DNA of 64,000 nucleotides. It comes from Candidatus Cloacimonadales bacterium (GTDB taxonomy: Bacteria > Cloacimonadota > Cloacimonadia > Cloacimonadales > JAIOQZ01). This document shows, piece by piece, positions 38,628 to 49,066 of the stretch. The DNA is taken from NCBI GenBank assembly GCA_963665815.1, contig OY762463.1, positions 2,208,001 to 2,272,000 of the forward strand, written 5' to 3'. Numbering within the stretch: the stretch's first letter is position 1; each line of letters begins with the position of its first letter. The notes beneath the pieces are model-generated. The model had not been told where the DNA came from, did not search any database, and was given only the letters and a program-made list of their open reading frames with translations. Position numbers and translations under genes: made by a program.

Positions 38628-39518
38628 GATAAACATACGAAGAAAAGCACAATACTGGCTTTAACAGCCACATTATTCTGGTCAACGGCAGCTACAGCAT
38701 TTAAGACAGGATTGAAGTACATTGGTTTTATTGAATTACTTCTATTCTCGGTGCTTACATCTGCCTTTTTTTTATTTGTCTACTCACTTGTAAAAGGTGA
38801 CTTGATTTCATCATTTAAAATATCTGTAAAAGATTATCTCTCTTCAGCAATTATGGGGTTCTTGAATCCTTTTTTTTATTATTTTATTCTTTTCAAAGCT
38901 TACGCACTTCTTCCTGCACAAGTAGCCCAATCACTTAACTATTCATGGGCGATTGTCCTGACAATCTTCTCTGCAATACTACTGAAAAAGAAAATTACAC
39001 TAAAAGATCTTACAGGTATGTTGATAAGTTTTTGCGGTTTTCTTCTTGTTGTGGGTATTTTTGGTAAGTCTGAAGAAGAATACCTCAGCACATTCGGTAT
39101 CTTACTAGCTATTGGAAGTTCTATTTTCTGGGCTTTGTTCTGGATTTTAAATCTCAAAGATAAAAGAGAAGCACATTTGAAGCTGCTGCATTCATTCCTG
39201 TTTGGTTGTATATATTTATTTATTTTCATTTTAGTTTCAGGAATAAAACCTAATGTTTCCGCAGCGGGGATCATGTCCTCTCTTTATATTGGTATATTTG
39301 AAATGAGTCTTACTTTTTTAATTTGGTTGAAAGCGTTGGAATGCTCCGAATCAACAGCCAAAACCGCAAATATCGTTTTTCTGTCTCCATTTGTATCTCT
39401 GCTTCTGATCAATGTAATACTGAAGGAAGCAATTATGTGGAATACCATAGCCGGACTAACACTGATTATAGCCGGAATTGTTTTTCAAAGAATCAGAAAA
39501 CCGATTAAGAAGAAATAA
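38628..39518 (+). CDS. DMT/EamA family transporter (start codon uncertain)
   Basis: FWSTAATAFK (upstream of the TTG at 38712), GFLNPFFYY, LPAQVAQSLNYSW, IFEMSLTFLIW, FLSPFVSL. Confidence 0.8.
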   Translation, partial: DKHTKKSTILALTATLFWSTAATAFKTGLKYIGFIELLLFSVLTSAFFLFVYSLVKGDLISSFKISVKDYLSSAIMGFLNPFFYYFILFKAYALLPAQVAQSLNYSWAIVLTIFSAILLKKKITLKDLTGMLISFCGFLLVVGIFGKSEEEYLSTFGILLAIGSSIFWALFWILNLKDKREAHLKLLHSFLFGCIYLFIFILVSGIKPNVSAAGIMSSLYIGIFEMSLTFLIWLKALECSESTAKTANIVFLSPFVSLLLINVILKEAIMWNTIAGLTLIIAGIVFQRIRKPIKKK

Positions 39519-39638
39519 CAACTAATACTACATCTTTATTTAATGAAATTTGCTGAAGGTTTCATATCATTCAAAAAAAATATAGACACATTAATTCAAC
39601 TTACTCAGATATATCCTAAACAGTTGAAAGGATTTTTA

Positions 39639-40352
39639 ATGCGTAAATTTATTGTACTTGTACTGATTTTTGGTCTATTCGCGTGTCAGAAAGTGAATAA
39701 AAAGCAGACTTTAGTTGTTGCTGTTGATCTTAACAATCCACCTTTTGAATATGAGAACAGAGAGGGATTTCCTTCCGGAAAAACAATTGATTATGCTGAA
39801 AAGCTTGCAGATTACCTGCATTATGAGTTGAAACTTGTATCTTGTGATAGAGATCAACTGACACAAAAACTTAAATCAGGTAAAGCAGATATTGTACTGT
39901 CTTCCTACGCAATAAGTGATGACAGGAAAAATGATGTACTGTTTTCTAATCCATATTATGAAGCAACTCCTGCGATCCTCATCAGTAAGGAATCAAATTT
40001 TGCATCTTTTAGTGAAGTTGTCGAAGGAGAGATCAGTATGGCTGTAAGGTCCGGTTCCTGGGAAGCAAAGCTGATGCATGAGTATTTTAATAGATACAAT
40101 CTCATCATTTGTGATGGACTGTATGAATGTGCCGAGGCAGTCATCAAAGGCAAAGCTGATGCTATGCTGAGCAACAGGAAATCAATAGAAGAGTGTGCAT
40201 ACAGGTATGAAAATTATACTGAAATTATGAAAGATACATTTCCTGAAGTTGTAGTAAAATGGGGTGTAGCTGTGAAATATGACCAACCTGAATTACTTGA
40301 GAAAATCAATACCTTCATTAAGAAGAATCCATTTGAAATTGAGGGTCCGTGA
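39639..40352 (+). CDS. Amino-acid-type ABC substrate-binding lipoprotein (SBP family 3)
   Basis: LFAC lipobox; NPPFEY, GKADIVLS, FSNPYY. Confidence 0.8.
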   Translation: MRKFIVLVLIFGLFACQKVNKKQTLVVAVDLNNPPFEYENREGFPSGKTIDYAEKLADYLHYELKLVSCDRDQLTQKLKSGKADIVLSSYAISDDRKNDVLFSNPYYEATPAILISKESNFASFSEVVEGEISMAVRSGSWEAKLMHEYFNRYNLIICDGLYECAEAVIKGKADAMLSNRKSIEECAYRYENYTEIMKDTFPEVVVKWGVAVKYDQPELLEKINTFIKKNPFEIEGP

Positions 40353-40659
40353 AGAAGTAAGTTTATCGTTTTTCAGCCATGTTACTAAATTTTTGAACCA
40401 TGATACTCTGTTATCAGAATCTACCTAAACTTCAAAGCAAAAAAATCACGGGACTGTCTTGTTGATTTTTTTAACCTCATCTATATTTTTTAAGTTTATC
40501 TCGATACATAAGCTGTTGCATTTTGGAGTTTTGCTTCACTCTTACAAGTGTTTATTTGAAGGAAAAAGCATTTCACTAATTATATATTTTTCTTGACTTC
40601 TCATCTCTTTTATTTGCCTATATGTAAAATTGACACTATCATGATAGATTGGAGGAAAA

Positions 40660-41937
40660 ATGGCTGACTATACTCAAATGTGGAAGGATCTGAATATTAA
40701 TCTGGAAGCACACGATCAACTAATGAATGTATTATCTCAAGGTTACAATCAATTATTTTTATCTCAGAAGGATAGACCTGATGCAATGCAGTATTTCGAC
40801 TTCGTTGTATCAGAAATTCATGGATTGAGAATACAAGAGCTGGTAAAGGCAAAGGAAGAAGGAAGAAAAGTAATAGGTTCATTTTGTGTTTATGTTCCTG
40901 AAGAACTTGTACTTGCATTCGATGCAATTTCAGTAGGTCTTTGTACCGGAGCTGAGTTAGCATCGGAAATGGCCGAACAATATTTACCAAGAAATACCTG
41001 TGCTCTAATTAAATCTGCATTTGGATTCAAATTGGCTCAAGTATGTCCTTATATGGAAGTATCCGACATGATTGTTGGTGAAAATACTTGTGATGGTAAA
41101 AAGAAGTCATATGAACAATTCAGTAAAATTGTAAAAAACTTGTATGTAATGGATCTTCCTCAAATCAAAGGAGAATCTGGAAGAGCTTATCTCAAAAGTG
41201 AATATGAAAGATTTATTAATGCTTTGGAAGAATTGACAGGCAAGAAATTAGAAATTAAAAAACTGAAGAACAGTATTAATATCGTGAACAAAAAGAGAAA
41301 AGCAGTTACCAGGCTTGCTGAATTGAGATCATCATCTCCTGTTCCAATTTCAGGACTTGATGCACTTTTGATTAATCAAATCTATTTTAATGATGATCCT
41401 GTAAGATTTACTGCTAAAGTTAATGAGCTTTGCGATGAACTCGAGAAGAGAAATAAAGATAAAAATGGTGTCTCAGCTATAAATGCAACAAGATTACTTG
41501 TCAGTGGTTGTCCTATGGCAGTACCAAACTGGAAGATTCCTGCGTTAGTCGAAAAAACTGGAGCAGTAATTGTAGGAGAAGAATTGTGCACAGGAGAACG
41601 CGGATTCTCCGGAAAAACTAATAACTCAACGGATTCTGTAGATGCTTTGCTGGATGCAATTGTAGACAGATATTTCAATATTCACTGTGCTGTTTTCACT
41701 CCAAATTCTGAAAGACTGGAAATGATTAAAAAGATATATAAGCGCTCAAATGCTGAAGGTGTTATTCTTTATAATTTACAGTTCTGTCAACCTTACCAGA
41801 TAGAAGATGGAATGTTTGAGAACAAACTGGAAGAAGCTGGAATTCCTGTGTTAACTATTGATACAGACTACTCACAGGAAGATATGGGACAATTATCCAC
41901 AAGGATTGAAGCATTTATAGAACGTATCAGGAACTAG
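40660..41937 (+). CDS. Double-cubane cluster protein-like reductase (HgdB/FldC/BcrB superfamily)
   Basis: Cys pattern FCVYVPEE, GLC, NTCALIK, CP, ENTCDGKKK, GCP, ELCTGER, HCAVFTPN, QFCQPY; TDYS..GQLSTRIEAF. Confidence 0.85.
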   Translation: MADYTQMWKDLNINLEAHDQLMNVLSQGYNQLFLSQKDRPDAMQYFDFVVSEIHGLRIQELVKAKEEGRKVIGSFCVYVPEELVLAFDAISVGLCTGAELASEMAEQYLPRNTCALIKSAFGFKLAQVCPYMEVSDMIVGENTCDGKKKSYEQFSKIVKNLYVMDLPQIKGESGRAYLKSEYERFINALEELTGKKLEIKKLKNSINIVNKKRKAVTRLAELRSSSPVPISGLDALLINQIYFNDDPVRFTAKVNELCDELEKRNKDKNGVSAINATRLLVSGCPMAVPNWKIPALVEKTGAVIVGEELCTGERGFSGKTNNSTDSVDALLDAIVDRYFNIHCAVFTPNSERLEMIKKIYKRSNAEGVILYNLQFCQPYQIEDGMFENKLEEAGIPVLTIDTDYSQEDMGQLSTRIEAFIERIRN

Positions 41938-41966
41938 TAGTTTCGAAACACAATAAAGGAATATAT

Positions 41967-42710
41967 ATGAAATCTCTTGGAATTGATATCGGCTCCAGAA
42001 CAATTAAGCTGGTTTTGCTGGAAAATGGAGTCATTGTTCATTCTAAAGTTATGAGAAATACATATAATCATGAGAAGGTTCTGCCAGAGCTGATAGCTGA
42101 TATTGATTATGATGTCATGACAGCTACAGGTTACGGCAGGCATTTCTTTGAAGAAACAAATAAACATTGTATTATAACAGAGATAAAAGCTTTTGCAATC
42201 GGTATGAAACATTTGTATCCTGAAGTGGACACAATCTTAGATATTGGTGGACAGGATACAAAGGCAATATCTTTAGATTTGAATGGGCGTATTCGTAAAT
42301 TTTTCATGAATGATAAGTGTGCTGCAGGAACGGGTAGATTTCTGGAAATTATGGCTTCAGCATTGAACTTGGATCTGAGGGAATTTGGAAAAACTGCGTT
42401 AATGGCAAAGAGATCAGAGAAGATAAACAATATGTGTGCTGTATTTGCCGAATCAGAAGTAATTTCGTCTCTCAGTAAGGGAGCAAAACGTGAAGAAGTT
42501 GCACGTGGAATTCATGAATCTGTTGTGAAAAGATCATTAGTTTTACTGCAGAAGATATATATTGGTAAATCCGTAGCATTTGGTGGCGGGGTTGCTATGA
42601 ATCCATGTGTAAAGCATTTGCTGGAAGATGTACTCAAAAAGAAAATTCATGTCCCTGATGCACCTCAGTTAATTGGAGCACTTGGATGTGCATTATATGG
42701 TTCTCTTTAG
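41967..42710 (+). CDS. ASKHA-type [4Fe-4S] ATPase activase (HgdC/DCCP-R-like)
   Basis: GIDIGSRTIK, ATGYGR, DIGGQD, MNDKCAAGTGRFLE, CAVFAESE. Confidence 0.92.
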   Translation: MKSLGIDIGSRTIKLVLLENGVIVHSKVMRNTYNHEKVLPELIADIDYDVMTATGYGRHFFEETNKHCIITEIKAFAIGMKHLYPEVDTILDIGGQDTKAISLDLNGRIRKFFMNDKCAAGTGRFLEIMASALNLDLREFGKTALMAKRSEKINNMCAVFAESEVISSLSKGAKREEVARGIHESVVKRSLVLLQKIYIGKSVAFGGGVAMNPCVKHLLEDVLKKKIHVPDAPQLIGALGCALYGSL

Positions 42711-42738
42711 ATTAATAGTAATCGTATTATAATTAATG

Positions 42739-42766
42739 AAAACAGGCTGCGTAAGCAGCCTGTTTT
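42739..42766. terminator. Bidirectional terminator
   Basis: AAAACAGGCTGC-GTAA-GCAGCCTGTTTT between convergent genes. Confidence 0.9.
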
Positions 42767-42786
42767 ATAGTATCAGGTCGAATGAA

Positions 42787-44430
42787 TTATTTCATTAAGA
42801 CCATTTTAGATGTTTTTGTGTAATCAGGAGTCACGAGTTTATAGAAATAAACACCTGAACTTACGTTATTACCGCTTGCATCTTTTCCTTCCCAGATAAC
42901 ACTGTCAGTTTCTTTCACTTCTCTTTTGTCGAATAATGTTACAACTTTTTGACCTTTGATGTTGTAAATTACGAGAGATGCATCAACTGTTTCACCGATT
43001 TGACCTTTAATTGAAAAATCGATTTTTGTTTTTGGGTTGAAAGGATTTGGGTAGTTTGATAAAAGATTAGTTGCTTCAACATATTCTGTAACACTTTTAC
43101 CAATTGTAATTGTTTGTGGTCCGTAGAATCCACCTGTGTTATTATCAGCTTGAACTACTTCAATCCAGTAGTAATATGTTTCATTAACAAGAACATCTTC
43201 ATCTGTATGTTGATATTCCTGAGTTCCTGATGTATTAGTAGCAGCGATGAGCTGATTACTGTTGATTGGTTCTGCATCAGTAAGATCTGCTTTAAGGCTA
43301 CGGAATAATTTGAATCCGATAAGATCTGTTTCTGATTTGGTTGACCATGTAATATTTACAAACTGATTAGCATCTTCTGAAAGATAGAAGCCTGCAAATT
43401 CAACAGGAAGTGATTGCCCAAGGCTGTTAGCACCAGGGTCAGCTGTATCTGGTGTTGTTGCCGGAGTCCAAACTGTAGGTGTTGTTTGAATTACACGTTC
43501 GTCGTTGTTAACAACAGGTGTTGTATCAATTGCCATACGTACATCCGGGATGTTAAGTGCATATGCATATCCATTACCGATTTCTAATTGTGCATCACCT
43601 TGAACAAACAAAGTATACATGTTAAGTGATACTCCCCAGGCTGCTTCAAAAGTTGCCTGATCAGCACCGTTAGAGATAATAACTGCACCGTAAGCCGGAA
43701 CTGTTCCTGAAAGTGCCACAGAAATAGCTGTTGTAACTTTTTCAATTGTTACGTTAGTAAGCTCTACTTCATCGCCTGTTACGTTTTTCACTTCGATAAA
43801 TGCTGTTGTTTCTGCTTGACCAACAAGATTATCAGAAATCTCACTGAAGAAGAGTGAACCGTCTGTAGGTTCTACAGGACCTGTGCCACCAAGAACGATG
43901 TCATGATCGCCGAAGTATGTGCCGTTATCAACTGGAGATGCATCATATTGAGTAATCTGGTTTTGAACACCACTGATGTCCCATCTTAAGTTTGTATTTT
44001 GAGCAGCATCTGCTACGTCAAATACCATTACTGCACAATCTGTCCATACGTCACCGAGCATGTAGCACATCATAGGTGTGGTACTTACTCCATTATATAC
44101 ACCATTGATACCGCATTTAATGGCTGACATTTCTGCAGGTACAAGTTGATAGATATCCATTTCGAAAAATATATGATCTTCGATTGGACCAAGACTGTAA
44201 GATTCTGCATTGTTATAAGTAAGACAAGCATTGTTAAAAAGTATACGAAGGTTAAAGAAACCAACAGGAACATCTCCTGCATTTGATTTCACTTGTAGTT
44301 TTACTTTGTATTTTCCATTTGCTGCATCGTATCCCATGCCATCTGCATCGTATACCATGTTATAGTCAATGGAAGCAAAAATTGTGCTTATTAATGTTAA
44401 AACAAACACTAAAGCTAATAATTTTTTCAT
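42787..44430 (-). CDS. Secreted protein: cohesin-like N-domain, lamin-tail-like domain, Fn3-like module, FlgD-Ig/T9SS-type CTD
   Basis: Signal peptide; LFFSEI..AFIEVKN (LTD); LPVEF..ITWSTKSETD..GF; NYPNPFNPKT. The cohesin call is by pattern only. Confidence 0.7.
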   Translation of the reverse strand: MKKLLALVFVLTLISTIFASIDYNMVYDADGMGYDAANGKYKVKLQVKSNAGDVPVGFFNLRILFNNACLTYNNAESYSLGPIEDHIFFEMDIYQLVPAEMSAIKCGINGVYNGVSTTPMMCYMLGDVWTDCAVMVFDVADAAQNTNLRWDISGVQNQITQYDASPVDNGTYFGDHDIVLGGTGPVEPTDGSLFFSEISDNLVGQAETTAFIEVKNVTGDEVELTNVTIEKVTTAISVALSGTVPAYGAVIISNGADQATFEAAWGVSLNMYTLFVQGDAQLEIGNGYAYALNIPDVRMAIDTTPVVNNDERVIQTTPTVWTPATTPDTADPGANSLGQSLPVEFAGFYLSEDANQFVNITWSTKSETDLIGFKLFRSLKADLTDAEPINSNQLIAATNTSGTQEYQHTDEDVLVNETYYYWIEVVQADNNTGGFYGPQTITIGKSVTEYVEATNLLSNYPNPFNPKTKIDFSIKGQIGETVDASLVIYNIKGQKVVTLFDKREVKETDSVIWEGKDASGNNVSSGVYFYKLVTPDYTKTSKMVLMK

Positions 44431-44446
44431 ATCGACTCCTTTTACA

Positions 44447-47400
44447 TTATCTAGCTAATTTTTTAACTTGTTTGTGAGTAGAACTATCTATTCTATTTAT
44501 TCGGTTTTCTCTTTTACTGAATACGTTAGTTGCAGTTGCAGAGTTATCAGGAACTTGAGAGTCCGGAGCACCGGCTGAGAAATGTGTTTTCCAAACAACA
44601 TTATCAGCAGCAAGAACTGAACTGTCAAAGTCGAGATCTTCTACATTATATCCATCAGGAGTACCACTTGTAAATGCAGCCTGCCATATTGTAGCATCAT
44701 CAGCAATAATAGAACCATCTCCATTAATGTCACCAGGATACATAGCATAGACACCAGTCTCAACTTCGTATACAGGAGCAGGACCTGTTGAGTATGTATT
44801 AGCTGCATCTGAAGTGAAGTCAACAACTGTAGCAGTTGAAGCATCAGCTGGTAATGTAGCAGCAACAGCACTCATAATATCAGAGTGGTTTCTGTGACGG
44901 AGAACTACAAAGTAGTCACCTGCAGCTGCATTAAGGAAGTTAACGTAATCTACAGTATTATCTGTTTCGTAAGCAACGTCCACAATCATACCTGAATCAA
45001 GAAGAAGTCCTGATCTCTGTTCGATTGTAGCACCGTCAGCTGTTTGACGAAGTTCAACAGAAATCCAGTCAACAACGTCTGTAGGCATAGCTGTTACAGC
45101 AATACCGTCAGCGTAAGGTGATGTTGCAGGAAGGAATCCATTAACAGCAGTGCTCATGTTGTCATTATCAACTGAGTAAGCTCCACCAAGGAATACGTTA
45201 ACCTTAGCTTTTGCTGTAGGTGGTACGTATGTGTTTACACCGAAGTTATCTACGTAGAAGTTTGGTCCGTAACCTGAAACACCAACAACCTGGAAGAATA
45301 CTGTTTGTCCAAGGTATGCATCAAGTGGGAATGTTTCTGTAACACCAGTTCCTGGTGCAGTATCTCCAGCTCCGTCATTTGAATCAAAAGCTGTACCTGT
45401 TAAGTTCCAGAGTTCAGTCCAGTTAATTCCATCTGTTGAGATTTGTACAATACCCTGATCGTCAGGGTAAGTAGAATGGTATTTGTGAGACCAATCGAAA
45501 TTAAGAGCCCACATTCCTGTTGAAGGTAACTGAACAGGAGGAGTAGTCATTATAGCAGTTCCAGTGCTCCATCCCCAGAAGTTACAATATGCAGCTTCTC
45601 CGCCGTATTGAGCCCAAGTTCTGTCACCACTGAGAGTCCAGTTTGTTGGAGCCCAGCTTGTGAATTCTTCTAACCATGGGAATACTGTGATTGTTGGGTC
45701 TGCTCTCACAGTAAATGATTGTTCTGCACAGCCTGTTGCAGGGCCAACAGCGTTTTCAGGAACTACCATCCAATAATATGTGTTACCATAAGTCAAACCA
45801 CTATAATCATATGATGTAGCAGTTAAGGCCATACCGTTAACAATGTCATATGTTCCGGATGCTGTACCGAAGTACAGATTGTAAGTTGAAGCATAATCTG
45901 TTGTATCCCAATCTAATGTACCGTTTTCTAACTGATCAATTGCAGCATCTGCAGGTGCAGTATATGCAGCACAACCAGGAGTTACAGCGACTGTGGAGAA
46001 TGACCATTCAGGGCAACCGGTTGCATAACCGTTTGCGTTACCCGGTTCAACTTTCCAGTAATATGTTTGTGCTGGAGATAATGTATAGTTGTAGGATGTA
46101 TTAGTAAGAACCAGACCGTTTACTATATCATAAGTACCAGCATCAGTACCAAGGTATAACTTGTAAGTTTGTGCGAGGAATGCTTCATCCCAGGTTAATG
46201 CACCAGAGTCAAGCTGATCAACAGATGCATCAACAGGAGTTGGATCATTTGTACATGCAGGAGGATTAGAATTAGAGAAAATTCTGAAATCATCAATACA
46301 TACGTCACTGTAGTAAGAAGTTGTTCCTTCTGCTCTGAACTTGAATGTAGTTGTAGCAGTAAATGAAGATAAATCTATGGTTACAGCTGTCCATTGACCG
46401 GTATATCCCCAGTTTTCAGGATAAGTTGTCCATGTTGATCCGTCAAATGTATCAAGATACAATGTAGATTGATCATTTGTTGTATCTCCAGGATCTCCAA
46501 TCCAATAGAAGAAAGAAAGAGTTGGGTTGGTCAATGCTGAAAAATCAAATGGGTTAGTCTCAATATGAGCAACGTCTACAGTTGAAGTACCTGAATCATC
46601 AAATCCAATATAACCTGTTGAGTTATATCCTGATGTAGCACCATGGCCAATTGATCCTGTTTCAGCTGCCCAGTCATCATCATGGGAGGTTCCTTCTGCA
46701 ACATTAACCCAATTAGCAGGCATACCTGATTCGAAGTCTTCTAACCATTCACCGACAATTGTTGGATCACTTCTTACTGTAAAGTTTTGCTCTGGACATG
46801 TAGTATTTGGACCATTGCCGTTTACAGGTCGAACAGTCCAGTAATATGTTGCATCATATGTTAAGCCTGAATAATCATATTCAGTTCCGGTTACACTCAT
46901 TCCATTGACAATATCATAGTTTCCTGAAGAAGTTCCAAAATAAACAAGATATTCTGTTGCTGAAACACTTGTATTCCACAATAATTGACCATACTCGTAT
47001 TGAACTCCATCTGCATCTGTTGGGTAATAACCTGTAGAACATTCCGGAGGTGTCATAAGTGTAGAGAATGACCATTCAGGACAACCTGTAGCAAAACCAT
47101 TTACATTACCTGGAACTACCATCCAGTAGTAAGTGTTACCAAGTGTAGCAGTATAATCGTAACTTGTTGTTGTTAAAGTCATACCGTTAACTATATCATA
47201 ATTTCCTGTTGAAGATCCGAAATAGAATATGTATGATGTTGCTCCACCAGGATTTCCCCATGAAAGTGTAATATCTTCGAGCAAGTCAGTTGTACCATCA
47301 GCAGGTGAGAGTGTTGTTACACATGCCGGAGGTGTTGCATTGCTGAATACTCTAAAGTTATCAATACCAATGTCTGACTGATATGATGTAGAACCTACAG

Positions 47401-48811
47401 CTCTGAATCTGAATGTCATAGTTGTGTTCATAGCTGAAAGGTCTATGTTTGCTTCATTCCAGGCAGCATTGTAAGTCCAGCCGGCACCATATTGTGTCCA
47501 GCCTGAACCATCATCAATGTCAAGATACAATGTAGAAGTTTCTGCATCTGGATATGATGTATCACCAACCCAATATTGAAAACTGAGTGTTGGGTTTGAG
47601 AGCCCTGTAATATCAAAAGTATTGGTTGTGATATGAGCTTCATCAGCTCCTGAGCCTGAATCGTCAAAACCGAGTAAATATGTTGATCCGCCAGCTGCAT
47701 TATCCGGTCCATAAGATATATTTGGAAGAACAGACCAGTTATCATCATCGTCTGTAGCTTGTGACCAGCATGATGAAATTGAAGCTGATTCGAAGTCTTC
47801 AAGGAATGGATATGTGTTTATACTTCCACACTGGGTCTGGAATGTCCATGAAATACCAGTTGTAGAAAGACCAGATGTTGAGTTATGTGTATCTACTCTC
47901 CATTCATAATCTGCTGTATAAGCCAGACCTGAGTAAGTATATGAACCTGTTGCTCCGGCTGCTGCACCTGAGACAACCTGAGTCATATTACCTGCAGGAC
48001 CAAACCATAAATCATATGTATCTGTATCCGCACCAAAATCCCATGTAAGTGTACCGTCAACTGGAACTCCTATTGAAGCAGTTGCAGGGTTTGGATTAAT
48101 TGGGAGACCTGGTGTACCTGCAGCAGGTGGAGCAAAACTGATAGCCATTGCATCTGAAAAGTTTGATGCATCGTTATAGCAGTATGTTAAACCCAATGTG
48201 CCATCAGCATTTTCAATACCGACAGTACATCCAGCCTGATCAATTCCACCGTTGAATGATGAGTATTGAAATATAATATCACCATCATCACAAAGTATTA
48301 CCTGAGCATCAAGATAACCGGTACCTTCACCACTATATTCATGATAGTTCATGAAAGTTACAAGAAGAGCATTACCGCCATCATATGTGATGTTTTCGTA
48401 AGTTACAGTTGCATTGTTTGCTGGTGCAGAAGTACTTACAGGATCCAGATCATCCCAGAACCAGGCGATTATATCGTTTGGTGTTCCTGCATTGGGTAGA
48501 AGTACATTAGATAAGCTGCTTCCGTTATTAAAAGCAATAAAGCCATTAGAACATAGATAAAAGTCAGTTTTATCCGCGCCATAATATGGGAAGTTAAAAC
48601 CAATTGGGAATGGACCAACTGAGTTATCATCAGCTTGTCCGGTTACTACTGTTGCACTTGCATCAGGAGTAATCCAGCTATATGCAGGTCCACTTCCGTC
48701 GTTACTGTTTCGCCATGTATACCCAAAACCATCAGGACCACCTGAGGTCTGAGCATAAATGAAACTTAATGAAAACAGTATTAAAAAGATTGAAACTAGT
48801 CTTTTTTTCAT
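44447..48811 (-). CDS. Large secreted multidomain protein (Fn3-like and MAM-like repeats, C-terminal dockerin-like domain)
   Basis: GGPDGFGYTW N-domain; repeated LxW..Y..YFG..YYW.V and EDFE..LSFxYW..IDxFR modules; VFLGGAY..HRNH..GDINGDG..DLDFD C-terminus. Confidence 0.75.
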   Translation of the reverse strand: MKKRLVSIFLILFSLSFIYAQTSGGPDGFGYTWRNSNDGSGPAYSWITPDASATVVTGQADDNSVGPFPIGFNFPYYGADKTDFYLCSNGFIAFNNGSSLSNVLLPNAGTPNDIIAWFWDDLDPVSTSAPANNATVTYENITYDGGNALLVTFMNYHEYSGEGTGYLDAQVILCDDGDIIFQYSSFNGGIDQAGCTVGIENADGTLGLTYCYNDASNFSDAMAISFAPPAAGTPGLPINPNPATASIGVPVDGTLTWDFGADTDTYDLWFGPAGNMTQVVSGAAAGATGSYTYSGLAYTADYEWRVDTHNSTSGLSTTGISWTFQTQCGSINTYPFLEDFESASISSCWSQATDDDDNWSVLPNISYGPDNAAGGSTYLLGFDDSGSGADEAHITTNTFDITGLSNPTLSFQYWVGDTSYPDAETSTLYLDIDDGSGWTQYGAGWTYNAAWNEANIDLSAMNTTMTFRFRAVGSTSYQSDIGIDNFRVFSNATPPACVTTLSPADGTTDLLEDITLSWGNPGGATSYIFYFGSSTGNYDIVNGMTLTTTSYDYTATLGNTYYWMVVPGNVNGFATGCPEWSFSTLMTPPECSTGYYPTDADGVQYEYGQLLWNTSVSATEYLVYFGTSSGNYDIVNGMSVTGTEYDYSGLTYDATYYWTVRPVNGNGPNTTCPEQNFTVRSDPTIVGEWLEDFESGMPANWVNVAEGTSHDDDWAAETGSIGHGATSGYNSTGYIGFDDSGTSTVDVAHIETNPFDFSALTNPTLSFFYWIGDPGDTTNDQSTLYLDTFDGSTWTTYPENWGYTGQWTAVTIDLSSFTATTTFKFRAEGTTSYYSDVCIDDFRIFSNSNPPACTNDPTPVDASVDQLDSGALTWDEAFLAQTYKLYLGTDAGTYDIVNGLVLTNTSYNYTLSPAQTYYWKVEPGNANGYATGCPEWSFSTVAVTPGCAAYTAPADAAIDQLENGTLDWDTTDYASTYNLYFGTASGTYDIVNGMALTATSYDYSGLTYGNTYYWMVVPENAVGPATGCAEQSFTVRADPTITVFPWLEEFTSWAPTNWTLSGDRTWAQYGGEAAYCNFWGWSTGTAIMTTPPVQLPSTGMWALNFDWSHKYHSTYPDDQGIVQISTDGINWTELWNLTGTAFDSNDGAGDTAPGTGVTETFPLDAYLGQTVFFQVVGVSGYGPNFYVDNFGVNTYVPPTAKAKVNVFLGGAYSVDNDNMSTAVNGFLPATSPYADGIAVTAMPTDVVDWISVELRQTADGATIEQRSGLLLDSGMIVDVAYETDNTVDYVNFLNAAAGDYFVVLRHRNHSDIMSAVAATLPADASTATVVDFTSDAANTYSTGPAPVYEVETGVYAMYPGDINGDGSIIADDATIWQAAFTSGTPDGYNVEDLDFDSSVLAADNVVWKTHFSAGAPDSQVPDNSATATNVFSKRENRINRIDSSTHKQVKKLAR

Positions 48812-49066
48812 ACTTTCTCCTTCTTTAGATTAATAGAAATTTATTTTAATTAAGTAATTTTACCTTGCATTACTCCTTTTAATTTACTGTTATCCTTGCA
48901 GTTATTTACTTTTAGAGAAATTACGCCAATCTATAACATATTTTTAATTATTGTCAATTTTTTTACTTTCAACTTGATCTTTTTCAGATAATATTCGCTA
49001 ATATGATAAATCTTTGATAGTGTATAAATTACATTGTAACATTTATAAATATCAACAAATTCGACC

